This document shows positions 25,815 to 34,355 of a DNA stretch of 64,000 nt, piece after piece (position 1 is the first letter of the stretch; the number at the start of each line of letters is the position of its first letter). The position numbers and the translations under genes are program-made. Under the pieces are notes generated by a model that was given only the letters and a program-made list of their open reading frames with translations, made no database searches and was not told the DNA's origin. This DNA is from an uncultured Actinomycetes bacterium (lineage in GTDB: Bacteria > Actinomycetota > Thermoleophilia > Gaiellales > Gaiellaceae): the NCBI GenBank assembly GCA_963748755.1, contig CAVVKA010000001.1, positions 121,995-185,994 on the forward strand, read 5' to 3'.

Positions 25815-26200
25815 GGCGTCGTCCCGTCGGGGTAGGGCGCGTAGCGGTGGTGCAGGGCGAGCCCGTTGCCGTCGGGATCCGTGAAGGCGGCGCCGTGGCA
25901 GACGCCCGAATCCCAGGACTCGCCCGTGAACTCGACTCCGGCGGCCTCGAGCTTCGCCTTCGCCTCGGCGACGTCGGGAACGCGAAAGACGATGGAGGCG
26001 ATCGGCAGCGGCGCAAACGGCGCGTCGATGTGCTCGGGCGAGACGATGGCGAGCGTGGTGTTGCCGGTCTCGAACTCGATCCACGAGCCCGTCGAATTCG
26101 GGTTCTTCGTCAGCCCGAGCGTCTCGCCGTAGAACCTGGCGGCGCGCTCGCGGTCGCGCGTCGGAACCGCGACGAAGTCGGTGCGCTGCACGTCAATCAT
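25811..26200 (-). CDS. VOC family protein, paralog 3
   Basis: DFVAVPTRDRERAARFYGETLGL...DSGVCHGAAFTDPDGNGLALHHRYAPY. Confidence 0.8.
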   Translation of the reverse strand: MIDVQRTDFVAVPTRDRERAARFYGETLGLTKNPNSTGSWIEFETGNTTLAIVSPEHIDAPFAPLPIASIVFRVPDVAEAKAKLEAAGVEFTGESWDSGVCHGAAFTDPDGNGLALHHRYAPYPDGTTP

Positions 26201-26561
26201 TCGGCGCGTACCTCCGGTGCAGCATGAAGCGATTGCCGTCGGGATCCGCGAACGGGGCCATGTGACACACGCCGGTGTCGTAGGTGTCGCCGACGAACTC
26301 GATCCCGCGACCCTCGAGCTCCTGGCGCGTCTCGGCGACGTCTGCCACGCGCAGCGCGATCGGTCCCCCGTTTCCCTGGGTGAACTCGCCGCCGATCGAC
26401 TTCGGGTCGATCAGGTACAGGAAGACGTTGTCGCCGAGCTTGAACTCGGGGAAGCCGCCTTCGCCGGTCTGCGGCAGGCCGAGCGTGTCGCGGTACCACG
26501 CCGTCGAGCGCTCCAGGTCCGAAACCGGGACCGAGACGAAGTCGACGTGCTCGACGTTCAT
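26193..26561 (-). CDS. VOC family protein, paralog 2
   Basis: ATG at 26561. VDFVSVPVSDLERSTAWYRDTLGL...DTGVCHMAPFADPDGNRFMLHRRYAP. ATGA overlap with paralog 1. Confidence 0.8.
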   Translation of the reverse strand: MNVEHVDFVSVPVSDLERSTAWYRDTLGLPQTGEGGFPEFKLGDNVFLYLIDPKSIGGEFTQGNGGPIALRVADVAETRQELEGRGIEFVGDTYDTGVCHMAPFADPDGNRFMLHRRYAPND

Positions 26562-26923
26562 GTGTACGGAGCGAACCGCTTGTGGAGCACGAGCGGGTTG
26601 CCGTCCGGGTCGAGGAACGTGGCCATGTGGCAGACACGCGTCTCGACGGTCTCGCCGACGAACTCGACGCCCTTCGCCTCGAGCTCGGCCCGCGCCGCTT
26701 CGACGTCGTCCACGTGAAGCAGCACGATGGCATTCGGCTGCGGCTTGAACTCCTCGCCCCACTCCTCTGGCATCCAGATGCCGAAGCAGGTGTCGCCGAC
26801 CCAGAACTCCGCCTTCGCGTGCTCGTCGGGACGCAACCCCAGCGTCTCGACGTAGAACTGCCGCGACCGCTCCCAATCAGTTGACGGAATGCCGACCGCG
26901 TCGACCTTCGCGATCGAGCTCAA
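26558..26923 (-). CDS. VOC family protein, paralog 1
   Basis: [24 protein letters not shown]...[27 protein letters not shown]. 4-nt overlap with the sufB stop. Confidence 0.8.
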   Translation of the reverse strand: MSSIAKVDAVGIPSTDWERSRQFYVETLGLRPDEHAKAEFWVGDTCFGIWMPEEWGEEFKPQPNAIVLLHVDDVEAARAELEAKGVEFVGETVETRVCHMATFLDPDGNPLVLHKRFAPYT

Positions 26924-28341
26924 CCGACCGAGCCCTCCATCTGCAGCTGGATGAGCCGGTTCATCTCGACCGCGTACTCAAGCGGCAGCTCCTTCGTGAT
27001 CGGCTCGACGAAGCCGCTCACGATCATCGCGCTCGCCTCCGCCTCGGTGAGCCCGCGCGACATGAGGTAGAAGAGCTGCTCCTCGCCGATCTTCGAGACG
27101 GTCGCCTCGTGGCCGATGTCGACGTCGTCCGCGTCGATCTTGATGTACGGGTACGTGTCCGAGCGCGACTCCTCGTCGAGGATCAGCGCGTCGCACACCA
27201 CCTTCGACTTCGAGCCGACCGCGTTCTTGTTCACCTCGAGCAGCCCGCGGTAGCCCGCGCGGCCGCCGTTCTTCGAGATCGACTTCGAAGTGATGACGGA
27301 CGTCGTGTTCGGCGCGACGTGCACGGCCTTGCCGCCCGCGTCCTGGTGCTGCCCGGAGCCGGCGAACGCGATCGACAGCACCTCGCCGTGCGCCCGCTCG
27401 CCCATCAGCCAGATCGCCGGGTACTTCATCGTCAGCTTCGAGCCGAGGTTCCCGTCGACCCATTCCATCGTCGCGTCCTCGTAGGCGACGGCGCGCTTCG
27501 TGACGAGGTTGTAGACGTTGTTCGACCAGTTCTGGATCGTCGTGTAGCGGCAGCGGCCGCCCTTCTTGACGACGATCTCGACGACTGCGCTGTGCAGCGA
27601 GTCGGTCGAGTAGATCGGGGCCGTGCAGCCCTCGACGTAGTGCACGTAGGCGCCCTCGTCGACGAGGATCAGCGTCCGCTCGAACTGGCCCATGTTTTCG
27701 GCGTTGATGCGGAAGTAGGCCTGCAGCGGCATCTCGATCGAGACGCCCGGCGGCACGTAGATGAAGGAGCCGCCCGACCAGACCGCCGAGTTGAGCGCCG
27801 CGAACTTGTTGTCGTTCTGCGGGATGATCGTCCCGAAGTACTGCTTGAACAGATCCTCGTGCTCGCGCAGCGCCGTGTCGGTGTCGAGGAAGATGACGCC
27901 CTTCTTCGTCAGGTCGTCCTGAAGCTTGTGGTAGACGACCTCCGACTCGTACTGGGCGCCGACGCCTGCGAGGTACTTCTTCTCAGCCTCCGGGATGCCG
28001 AGCTTGTCCCACGTGTCCAGGATGTCGGCCGGCAGGTCCTCCCACGACTTCGCCTGATTCTCGGTCGGCTTGATGTAGTAGAAGATGTTGTCGAAGTCGA
28101 TGTCGTTCAGGTTGCCGCCCCACTGTGGCAGCGGGCGCGCGAGGAAGTAGTCCAGGCTCTTGTGCCGGAACTTCCGCATCCACTCCGGCTCGTTCTTGTG
28201 CTCGGCGATCGCCTCGACCAGCTCGTGCGACAAGCCGCGGCCGGACTTGAAGAAATAATCCTTCGCCTCGTCGGGGTTCGAGAATCCGTACTTGTATTCG
28301 CTGCGAATTCCTTTGACGACGTCGGTCTCTGTCTGGCTCAC
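26920..28341 (-). CDS. sufB: Fe-S cluster assembly protein SufB
   Basis: GTG at 28341 after GGAGGTG, with a GTGA overlap with suf[20 protein letters not shown]...[22 protein letters not shown]. Confidence 0.9.
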   Translation of the reverse strand: MSQTETDVVKGIRSEYKYGFSNPDEAKDYFFKSGRGLSHELVEAIAEHKNEPEWMRKFRHKSLDYFLARPLPQWGGNLNDIDFDNIFYYIKPTENQAKSWEDLPADILDTWDKLGIPEAEKKYLAGVGAQYESEVVYHKLQDDLTKKGVIFLDTDTALREHEDLFKQYFGTIIPQNDNKFAALNSAVWSGGSFIYVPPGVSIEMPLQAYFRINAENMGQFERTLILVDEGAYVHYVEGCTAPIYSTDSLHSAVVEIVVKKGGRCRYTTIQNWSNNVYNLVTKRAVAYEDATMEWVDGNLGSKLTMKYPAIWLMGERAHGEVLSIAFAGSGQHQDAGGKAVHVAPNTTSVITSKSISKNGGRAGYRGLLEVNKNAVGSKSKVVCDALILDEESRSDTYPYIKIDADDVDIGHEATVSKIGEEQLFYLMSRGLTEAEASAMIVSGFVEPITKELPLEYAVEMNRLIQLQMEGSVG

Positions 28342-29111
28342 GCAGGCACCTCCTCGGGCTCGTAGGGGGCGTAGCCCTCCTTCTCGAGCTTTTTCGCGAG
28401 CTCCGCGCCGCCCGACTCGACGATGCGGCCACCCACGAAGACGTGTACCCGATCCGGCGTGACGTAGTCGAGGATCCGCTGGTAGTGCGTGATCACGAGC
28501 GCGCCCATCTCCGGGCCGACGAGCTCGTTCACGCCGCTCGCGACGACCCGCAGCGCGTCGATGTCGAGACCGGAGTCGGTCTCGTCGAGCACCGCGATGC
28601 GCGGCTTCAGCATCGCCATCTGGAGGATCTCGACGCGCTTCTTCTCGCCGCCCGAGAAGCCGTCGTTGAGGTAGCGCGACGCGAGCTCGCGGCTCACCTT
28701 CAGGCGATCCATCTGCGCGAGGAGCTCCTTGCGAAACTCGGGGATCGCCATCGGGTCGTCGACGCCGCCGTTGCGAGCCTTGCGCACGGCGTTGATCGCG
28801 CTGCGCAGGAAGCTCGTCACCGTGACGCCGGGAATCGCGTGCGGATACTGGAAGGCGAGGAAGAGGCCGCGCTGCGCGCGCTCGTCGGCGCCGAGCTCGG
28901 TCACGTCCTCCCCCTCGAAGAGGAGGCGTCCCTCGGTGATCTCGTACGCGGGGTGACCCATCAGCGCGTACGCGAGGGTCGACTTGCCGGAGCCGTTCGG
29001 CCCCATGATCGCGTGCACCTCGTTCGTATCGACCTCGAGATCGACGCCCTTGACGATCTCCGTCCCGTCCTCGAGCGCGACGTGCAGGTTCTCCAGCTTC
29101 AGCAATGCCAT
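28338..29111 (-). CDS. sufC: Fe-S cluster assembly ATPase SufC
   Basis: LKLENLHV...[10 protein letters not shown]...FSGGEKKR...LDETDSGLD. Confidence 0.9.
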   Translation of the reverse strand: MALLKLENLHVALEDGTEIVKGVDLEVDTNEVHAIMGPNGSGKSTLAYALMGHPAYEITEGRLLFEGEDVTELGADERAQRGLFLAFQYPHAIPGVTVTSFLRSAINAVRKARNGGVDDPMAIPEFRKELLAQMDRLKVSRELASRYLNDGFSGGEKKRVEILQMAMLKPRIAVLDETDSGLDIDALRVVASGVNELVGPEMGALVITHYQRILDYVTPDRVHVFVGGRIVESGGAELAKKLEKEGYAPYEPEEVPA

Positions 29112-29167
29112 GCGACCAGCCTAGCGAGACGGCCCGCGTCCTCGTCCGAGACCCCGCAAACACTGAG

Positions 29168-29425
29168 ATGAACGGCTACCCTGCGCGTGTGGGGTATTTC
29201 CAGACTCCCTGGCACATCGTCCTGCTCCTCCTGATCGCGCTCCTCCTCTTCGGCGGCAAGCGCCTGCCGGAGATCGGGAAGGCGCTCGGATCCGGGATGC
29301 GCGAGTTCAAGGACGCGGTCACCGGCAACAGCCCGGCCGCCTCCGACGTGCAGCCCGAGCTTCCGCCCGCCGAGCCGACGGCGACGCCGACCACGGCGAC
29401 GCCAACCGAGCGCGAGACCCTCTAG
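29168..29425 (+). CDS. tatA: twin-arginine translocase subunit TatA/E
   Basis: [35 protein letters not shown]. The alternative GTG start at 29189 gives the more typical short N-terminus. Confidence 0.8.
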   Translation: MNGYPARVGYFQTPWHIVLLLLIALLLFGGKRLPEIGKALGSGMREFKDAVTGNSPAASDVQPELPPAEPTATPTTATPTERETL

Positions 29426-29432
29426 CCGGGAC

Positions 29433-30203
29433 ATGACGGGGCTTCCGCGCCGCCTCGGCCACGCCGAGGAGGCGACACTCGGCGAGCACCTCGAGGAGCT
29501 GCGCGGCCGGCTCTTCGCCATGCTCGGCGCGATCGCCGTCGGCACGGTCGTCGCCTTCGTCTTCCACGGGCACGTCCTCGACTGGCTGAATCGGCCGCTG
29601 CCTCCCCATCACCGGCAGCTGCTCACGACCGGAGTCGCAGAGCCGTTCACCGTCACGATCACGGTCTGCATCTACGCGGGCTTCCTGCTCGCGCTGCCCG
29701 TCGTCCTCTGGCAGCTGTGGCTCTTCTTCGCGCCTGCGTTCGACCCCTCCTCCGAGCGGAAGGTGCTCGGCCTCGCGCTGTTCGCAGTCGTTCTCGCCGC
29801 GACCGGAGTCGCCTTCGGCTACTGGGTCCTGCTGCCGCGCGCGGTGCACTTCCTCGTCCACTACGACCACCGGCACTTCCTGGTCCTGCCCCGGGCCTCG
29901 TCCTACTACAACTTCGTGGTCACGGTGCTCGTCGGGATCGTGCTCGTCTTCCAGACGCCGCTCGTCATTCTCGGGCTCGTCTACCTCGGCGTCCTGAGCT
30001 CGCGGACGCTGCGCCGTCAGCGGCGCATGGGCTATCTCATTACGGCGGCGATCGCGCTGGCCCTCCCGGGACCGGATCCTGTGACGACGTTCCTCGAGCT
30101 GCTGCCGATGTGGGCGCTCTTCGAAGGATCGATCTGGCTGGCGGTGTTCGTCGAGCGGCGGATGGCGAAAGTGACTGCCGCCTCGGCTACTCTGGGCGGC
30201 TGA
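29433..30203 (+). CDS. tatC: twin-arginine translocase subunit TatC
   Basis: LGEHLEELRGRLF..., six TM segments, 256 aa, directly after tatA. Confidence 0.9.
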   Translation: MTGLPRRLGHAEEATLGEHLEELRGRLFAMLGAIAVGTVVAFVFHGHVLDWLNRPLPPHHRQLLTTGVAEPFTVTITVCIYAGFLLALPVVLWQLWLFFAPAFDPSSERKVLGLALFAVVLAATGVAFGYWVLLPRAVHFLVHYDHRHFLVLPRASSYYNFVVTVLVGIVLVFQTPLVILGLVYLGVLSSRTLRRQRRMGYLITAAIALALPGPDPVTTFLELLPMWALFEGSIWLAVFVERRMAKVTAASATLGG

Positions 30204-31078
30204 TGGCCAGGGCAGCGGTCAAGGCGAAGCAGCAGGCGAAGGCGAAGGCGCAGCCGACGAAATCGGCGCGCGCGCGCGGCCGGCGACGGCACAGCGGCGG
30301 GGGCAACCCGAACCAGCAGCTCTTCTTCGTCCGGCTGCGGCGCGGCCAGAAGTGGCTGTACGCGCTGCTCGCGCTCGTCTTCGCGGTCGGCTTCGCCGGC
30401 ATCGGCGTCGGCTCCGGTAACGGCGGGGGCCTGGAACAGCTCTACACCGGCCTCTTCGGCGGCGGGGGCGGCAGCGCCGTGTCGAAGGCCCAGGACGAGA
30501 TCAAGAAGGATCCCGCGAAGGGTTACCGCCACCTCGCGACGGCCTACGAGGAGCAAGGGAACAACCTCCAGGCGATCAGCGCGCTCGAGAGCTACCTCAG
30601 CGTGAAGAGGAAGGACGCCGACGCGTGGAGCGAGCTCGGCGGCCTCCAGCAGTCGCAGGGCAACACGTACGCCACCCAGTACCAGCAGGCACAGCAGAGC
30701 GCGCAGGCGGCGGACCCGAGCGCACCGTTCCAGCCCGGCGGCGCCCTCGGTTCGGCGGTGGGTCAGAATCCGGCCTACCAGGGAGCGTCGCAGGACGCAG
30801 CGAGCGCGACGAACGTGCTGTACCAGCAGGCGACGGCCTCGTTCGGCGCCTCGGTCACCGACTACCAGCACGCCTCGAGGATCCGTCCCCGCAACACGAC
30901 GTACCTGCAGCTACTGGCGACGGCGGGAGCGAACGCCGGCAACACCCCGGTCGCGCTCGGCGCGCTGCACGAGCTCCTCAAGGTCGACCCGAACTCCCCG
31001 CTGAAGCCACAGTGGAAGGCTGCGATCAAGCAGCTGACCAAGGGCACGCCGACCGTCAAGTCGAGCAACGGCAAGTAG
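30203..31078 (+). CDS. membrane-anchored TPR-like protein
   Basis: The ATG overlaps the tatC TGA. Basic N-terminus, one TM (WLYALLALVFAVGFAGIGVG), then TPR-like helices (YRHLATAYEEQGNNLQAISALESYL). Confidence 0.55.
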   Translation: MARAAVKAKQQAKAKAQPTKSARARGRRRHSGGGNPNQQLFFVRLRRGQKWLYALLALVFAVGFAGIGVGSGNGGGLEQLYTGLFGGGGGSAVSKAQDEIKKDPAKGYRHLATAYEEQGNNLQAISALESYLSVKRKDADAWSELGGLQQSQGNTYATQYQQAQQSAQAADPSAPFQPGGALGSAVGQNPAYQGASQDAASATNVLYQQATASFGASVTDYQHASRIRPRNTTYLQLLATAGANAGNTPVALGALHELLKVDPNSPLKPQWKAAIKQLTKGTPTVKSSNGK

Positions 31079-31205
31079 TCGAAGTACGGCAAGAAGTAAC
31101 GCCTCCCTCGCAAGTCGCATAGACGATTGCGGCTTCGGCCGCGCGGATAGACTGCTCCCCGAGCGGCCGCAGACGGCCGGACGAACGACTTCGGGGGATC
31201 TGCGC

Positions 31206-31562
31206 ATGAACTTCGACATCAAGACCGAGCAGCTCAGTGGTGACGCGTATGTCATCTCGCTCACCGGGGAGGTCGACCTCTACACGGCGCCCGAGTTCAA
31301 GCAGCAGCTGCTCGAGGTGATCGGACAGGGCGGCAAGGAGGTCATCGTCGACTTCAGCGGCACGACGTTCATCGACTCCACGACGCTCGGCGTCCTCGTG
31401 GGCGGCGTCAAGCGGTTGCGGACGAACGACGGCCAGCTCTCGCTCGTCTGCAGCGACCGCAACATCACGAAGATCTTCGAGATCACCGGTCTCGACAAGG
31501 TCTTCACGATCTATCCCACGCGCGAGGAAGCCGTGTCGGCCGTGGGTGTCCCCCAGGGTTGA
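31206..31562 (+). CDS. STAS-domain anti-sigma-factor antagonist (SpoIIAA-like)
   Basis: ISLTGEVDLYTAPEFKQQL...VIVDFSGTTFIDSTTLGVLVGG...ITKIFEITGLDKVF. Confidence 0.85.
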   Translation: MNFDIKTEQLSGDAYVISLTGEVDLYTAPEFKQQLLEVIGQGGKEVIVDFSGTTFIDSTTLGVLVGGVKRLRTNDGQLSLVCSDRNITKIFEITGLDKVFTIYPTREEAVSAVGVPQG

Positions 31563-32256
31563 CACGGCGTTGAAGCGACCGTATCGGGTCGGGGCTTGGG
31601 GGGCAGGGCTCGTGGCCGCGGCGCTGCTCGCCGCCGGCTGCGGCACGGGCGGCGTCGCGAGCGCCGGCCAGCAGCCCGACACGCAGTCCGGCCAGAAGCT
31701 CTTCACGGCGAGCTGCGGCTCGTGCCACACGCTGTCGGCGGCCGGCACCAGCGCGACGATCGGGCCGAACCTCGACAACGCCTTCGCCGCAGACGTCAAG
31801 CAAGGCTACGAGCAGAGCGCGATCGAGAACGTCGTCCTCGACCAGATCCGGCTCGGCTCGGGAGAGATCGCGACGTACACGACGAACAAGAAGTTCACGC
31901 TGCAGACGCCGATGCCGGCGAACATCCTCAAGGGCCAGGACGCGGTCGACGTCGCGGCCTACGTCGCGTCGGTCGCGGGGCAGGGCGGCTACTCCACGTC
32001 GGGGTCGTTCGCGAGCCTGGGCACGAACGGCGCAGCGATCTTCAAGGGAGCAGGTTGCACCGGCTGCCACACGCTCGCTGCCGCCGGCGCGACAGGGACG
32101 GTCGGCCCGAACCTCGACCAGGCCAAGCCGACCCTCGCCGTGGTCGTGCATCGGGTCACCCTCGGCGGTGGCGTGATGCCGTCCTTCAAGGGCAAGCTGA
32201 GCGACGCCCAGATCCAGGCGGTCGCGAAGTACGTCTCTTCTTCCGCCGGCAAGTAA
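31546..32256 (+). CDS. di-haem c-type cytochrome, probable lipoprotein
   Basis: Two CxxCH sites (CGSCH, CTGCH), each followed by TIGPNL/TVGPNL. Lipobox LLAAGC. The TTG at 31570 is a likelier start than the GTG at 31546. Confidence 0.8.
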   Translation: MSPRVDTALKRPYRVGAWGAGLVAAALLAAGCGTGGVASAGQQPDTQSGQKLFTASCGSCHTLSAAGTSATIGPNLDNAFAADVKQGYEQSAIENVVLDQIRLGSGEIATYTTNKKFTLQTPMPANILKGQDAVDVAAYVASVAGQGGYSTSGSFASLGTNGAAIFKGAGCTGCHTLAAAGATGTVGPNLDQAKPTLAVVVHRVTLGGGVMPSFKGKLSDAQIQAVAKYVSSSAGK

Positions 32257-32265
32257 CTGAACTTC

Positions 32266-32817
32266 TCAGGCGCGGCTGACGGGTAGCGCGACCCGCTCTC
32301 GGATCGCCTCCAGCATCCCGTCGTCGCCGACGACGAGGACCTCGTCCGCGCCGAACACACGCAGGGCGTCCTCGACCGCGAGCGCGGGGTCGTCCGCTCC
32401 CACCTCGACCCGCGCCCCCGGCAAGCGGGATTCGAGAACGGCAGCCGTCGCCTCGGCATCGTGCCGGCGATCGTCCACCGCGCCAGTCAGCGCCTCTCGG
32501 GTGGACGAGAGCGCTGGGACGACGACGAGTACCTCGGCGCCGTCCGGCACGGTCACCGCGTCGGTCCCGGGCGGCGCGAGGACGAGCACGCGGTGCGTGC
32601 CCGGCGGCGTGCCCGAGGTGACGACGGGTGCTGGGTCGGCAGCGCCGGGCACCGGCTCCTGCTTCAGCCACCAGCCGAGCCCGACGAACACGAGCACCGC
32701 GACAGCGACGCCCGCCCACTTGTTCGCGAAGGCGGCGGCGATGATCACGGCCGCTCCCACGATCACGACGATGAGGAAGCGATAGGCCTCGGCCTCGCTG
32801 CGAAGCGGGTTGCGCAT
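32266..32817 (-). CDS. membrane protein with C-terminal USP-like (alpha/beta) domain
   Basis: Two N-terminal TM segments. The C-terminus (VLVVVPA...GADDPALAVEDALRVFGADEVLVVG) resembles the repeats of the 33456-34355 protein. Confidence 0.5.
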   Translation of the reverse strand: MRNPLRSEAEAYRFLIVVIVGAAVIIAAAFANKWAGVAVAVLVFVGLGWWLKQEPVPGAADPAPVVTSGTPPGTHRVLVLAPPGTDAVTVPDGAEVLVVVPALSSTREALTGAVDDRRHDAEATAAVLESRLPGARVEVGADDPALAVEDALRVFGADEVLVVGDDGMLEAIRERVALPVSRA

Positions 32818-32838
32818 CTACCTCTCTCTACCCGGTCG

Positions 32839-33372
32839 TCAGAGGATGTAGACCGTCGTGAAGACGACGATCCACATCACGTCGACGAAGTGCCAGTAGA
32901 TCCCGCCGATCTCGACACCGTGGTGGTGGTCGGCGGAGAAGTGACCGCGGAAGGCGCGGATCGTCATGAAGGCGAGGATCGAGAGGCCGACGAACACATG
33001 GACGCCGTGCAGGCCGGTGAGGCAGAAGAAGATCGTGGGGAAGGCGCCGTCCGACGTGTTGAAGCCCGCCCGCATGTACTCGAAGAGCTGCGAGGTCAGG
33101 AAGGCGAGGCCCATGAGGAAGGTGAGCAGCAGGCCCGCGCGCATCCCCCAGACGTTGCCGCGCTTGATCGCCTGCGTGGCCCAGTGCATCGTCGCGCTCG
33201 ACGTCATCAGGATGAACGTGTTGATCGCCGCCACGAAGACCGGCAGGTGGTAGGGCGGCGTCGGCCACGGCGTGCCGTTGACGATCCGGACGAAGAAGTA
33301 GGCCGTGAAGAACGAGCCGAAGAGCATGATCTCCGACGCGATGAAGAGATACATGCCGAGCGTCTCGGGCAT
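32839..33372 (-). CDS. ctaE: cytochrome c oxidase subunit III
   Basis: LGMYLFIASEIMLFGSFFTAYF...GLHGVHVFVGL...YWHFVDVMWI. The conserved His-rich N-terminus continues in frame up to 33459, where the only candidate start is ATA. Confidence 0.85.
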   Translation of the reverse strand: MPETLGMYLFIASEIMLFGSFFTAYFFVRIVNGTPWPTPPYHLPVFVAAINTFILMTSSATMHWATQAIKRGNVWGMRAGLLLTFLMGLAFLTSQLFEYMRAGFNTSDGAFPTIFFCLTGLHGVHVFVGLSILAFMTIRAFRGHFSADHHHGVEIGGIYWHFVDVMWIVVFTTVYIL

Positions 33373-33455
33373 GATGCGCGAGCTGTAGTGCGGTACCGGC
33401 GGCCCGTGATGCTCATGGTCGTCGTGGCCGACCGGCTCGGCGTGCGAGTACGTGG

Positions 33456-34355
33456 CTATGCCGGCACCTCCGCCTCGGAGCGCGCGACGACGACGTGCTC
33501 GACGGGCAGGCCGGTCTCCTTGCGCAGCCGCTCGACGAGGCCCTTGCGCAGCCAGCCCGAGCTGAGCGGCTCGAACGTCGAGACCACGATCTCGTCGACG
33601 CGCTCGTCGTGCACCGCCTCCAGCGCGGCGCTGAACGGATCGGGATGCGAGACCTGGCCGTGGACGTCGATCCCCCCTCCGCGCAGCTCGGCAAGCGCCC
33701 GCTTCAGCCTCCGCTCGGCCTCGGGATGGTCGCCGGCCGTCGGGTCGCTCTGCGGCGAGACGATGAGGAAGCTCGCCGGGCCCGCGGCCGCGCGCTCGCG
33801 GATCTTCGCGAGCAGCGGCTCGCCGACCACCGTCTCGTTCGCAATCACGAGCACGTTCTTCTCGCCCGGCCCGTCGCCGCTCGCCACGAGGTGCTCGACA
33901 GGGACGGACCCTGCGGCCGAGCGAATCCGGTCGAGGACGCCGCGGCGCAGCCAGCCGGACTTCTCCTCGGGATGGGTCGAGACGAGGATCTCGTCGACGG
34001 GCGGCTCGAGCGTCGCGAGCGCGTCGCGCACCGCCGCCGCGGGATCGGCCTCGACGACGTAGCCGTCCGCCGGGATCCCGCCCTCGCGCAGGTGTTCGAG
34101 CGCCCGCTCGAGCCGGCGTCGCGCCGAGGCGCGGCGCGTGTCGGTGTAGACGACGTAGCCCCGCTGCGGCTCGTTCACCGGCGACACGACCGTCACGTGG
34201 AGGTCGTCGCCGCCGGGCGCCGCCGAAGGCGGCGCGGTCTGATCGCTGGGCGCCGGCGGCTTGGCCGGCGGCGCTTCCAGCAACCGAGCGCCGAGCGCGT
34301 CCCGCAGCGTCTTAGCGTCGACCGTCTCGTTCGCGACCACGAGCAGGTGCGTCAT
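33456..34355 (-). CDS. cytoplasmic protein with two tandem USP-like (ANET-motif) domains
   Basis: Internal duplication: LLVVANETV...DEILVSTHPEEKSGWLRRGV...PVEHLV and VLVIANETV...DEIVVSTFEPLSSGWLRKGL...PVEHVV. ATGA overlap with the ctaD stop. Confidence 0.65.
   Translation of the reverse strand: MTHLLVVANETVDAKTLRDALGARLLEAPPAKPPAPSDQTAPPSAAPGGDDLHVTVVSPVNEPQRGYVVYTDTRRASARRRLERALEHLREGGIPADGYVVEADPAAAVRDALATLEPPVDEILVSTHPEEKSGWLRRGVLDRIRSAAGSVPVEHLVASGDGPGEKNVLVIANETVVGEPLLAKIRERAAAGPASFLIVSPQSDPTAGDHPEAERRLKRALAELRGGGIDVHGQVSHPDPFSAALEAVHDERVDEIVVSTFEPLSSGWLRKGLVERLRKETGLPVEHVVVARSEAEVPA

Noticed and set aside
26920-29163. 747-aa ORF that looks like a SufC-SufB fusion
   Set aside because: Only the C-terminal 473 aa are SufB. 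The N-terminal part is an out-of-frame shadow of sufC, which is read in another frame at 28338-29111. The real sufB start is the GTG at 28341 after GGAGGTG.
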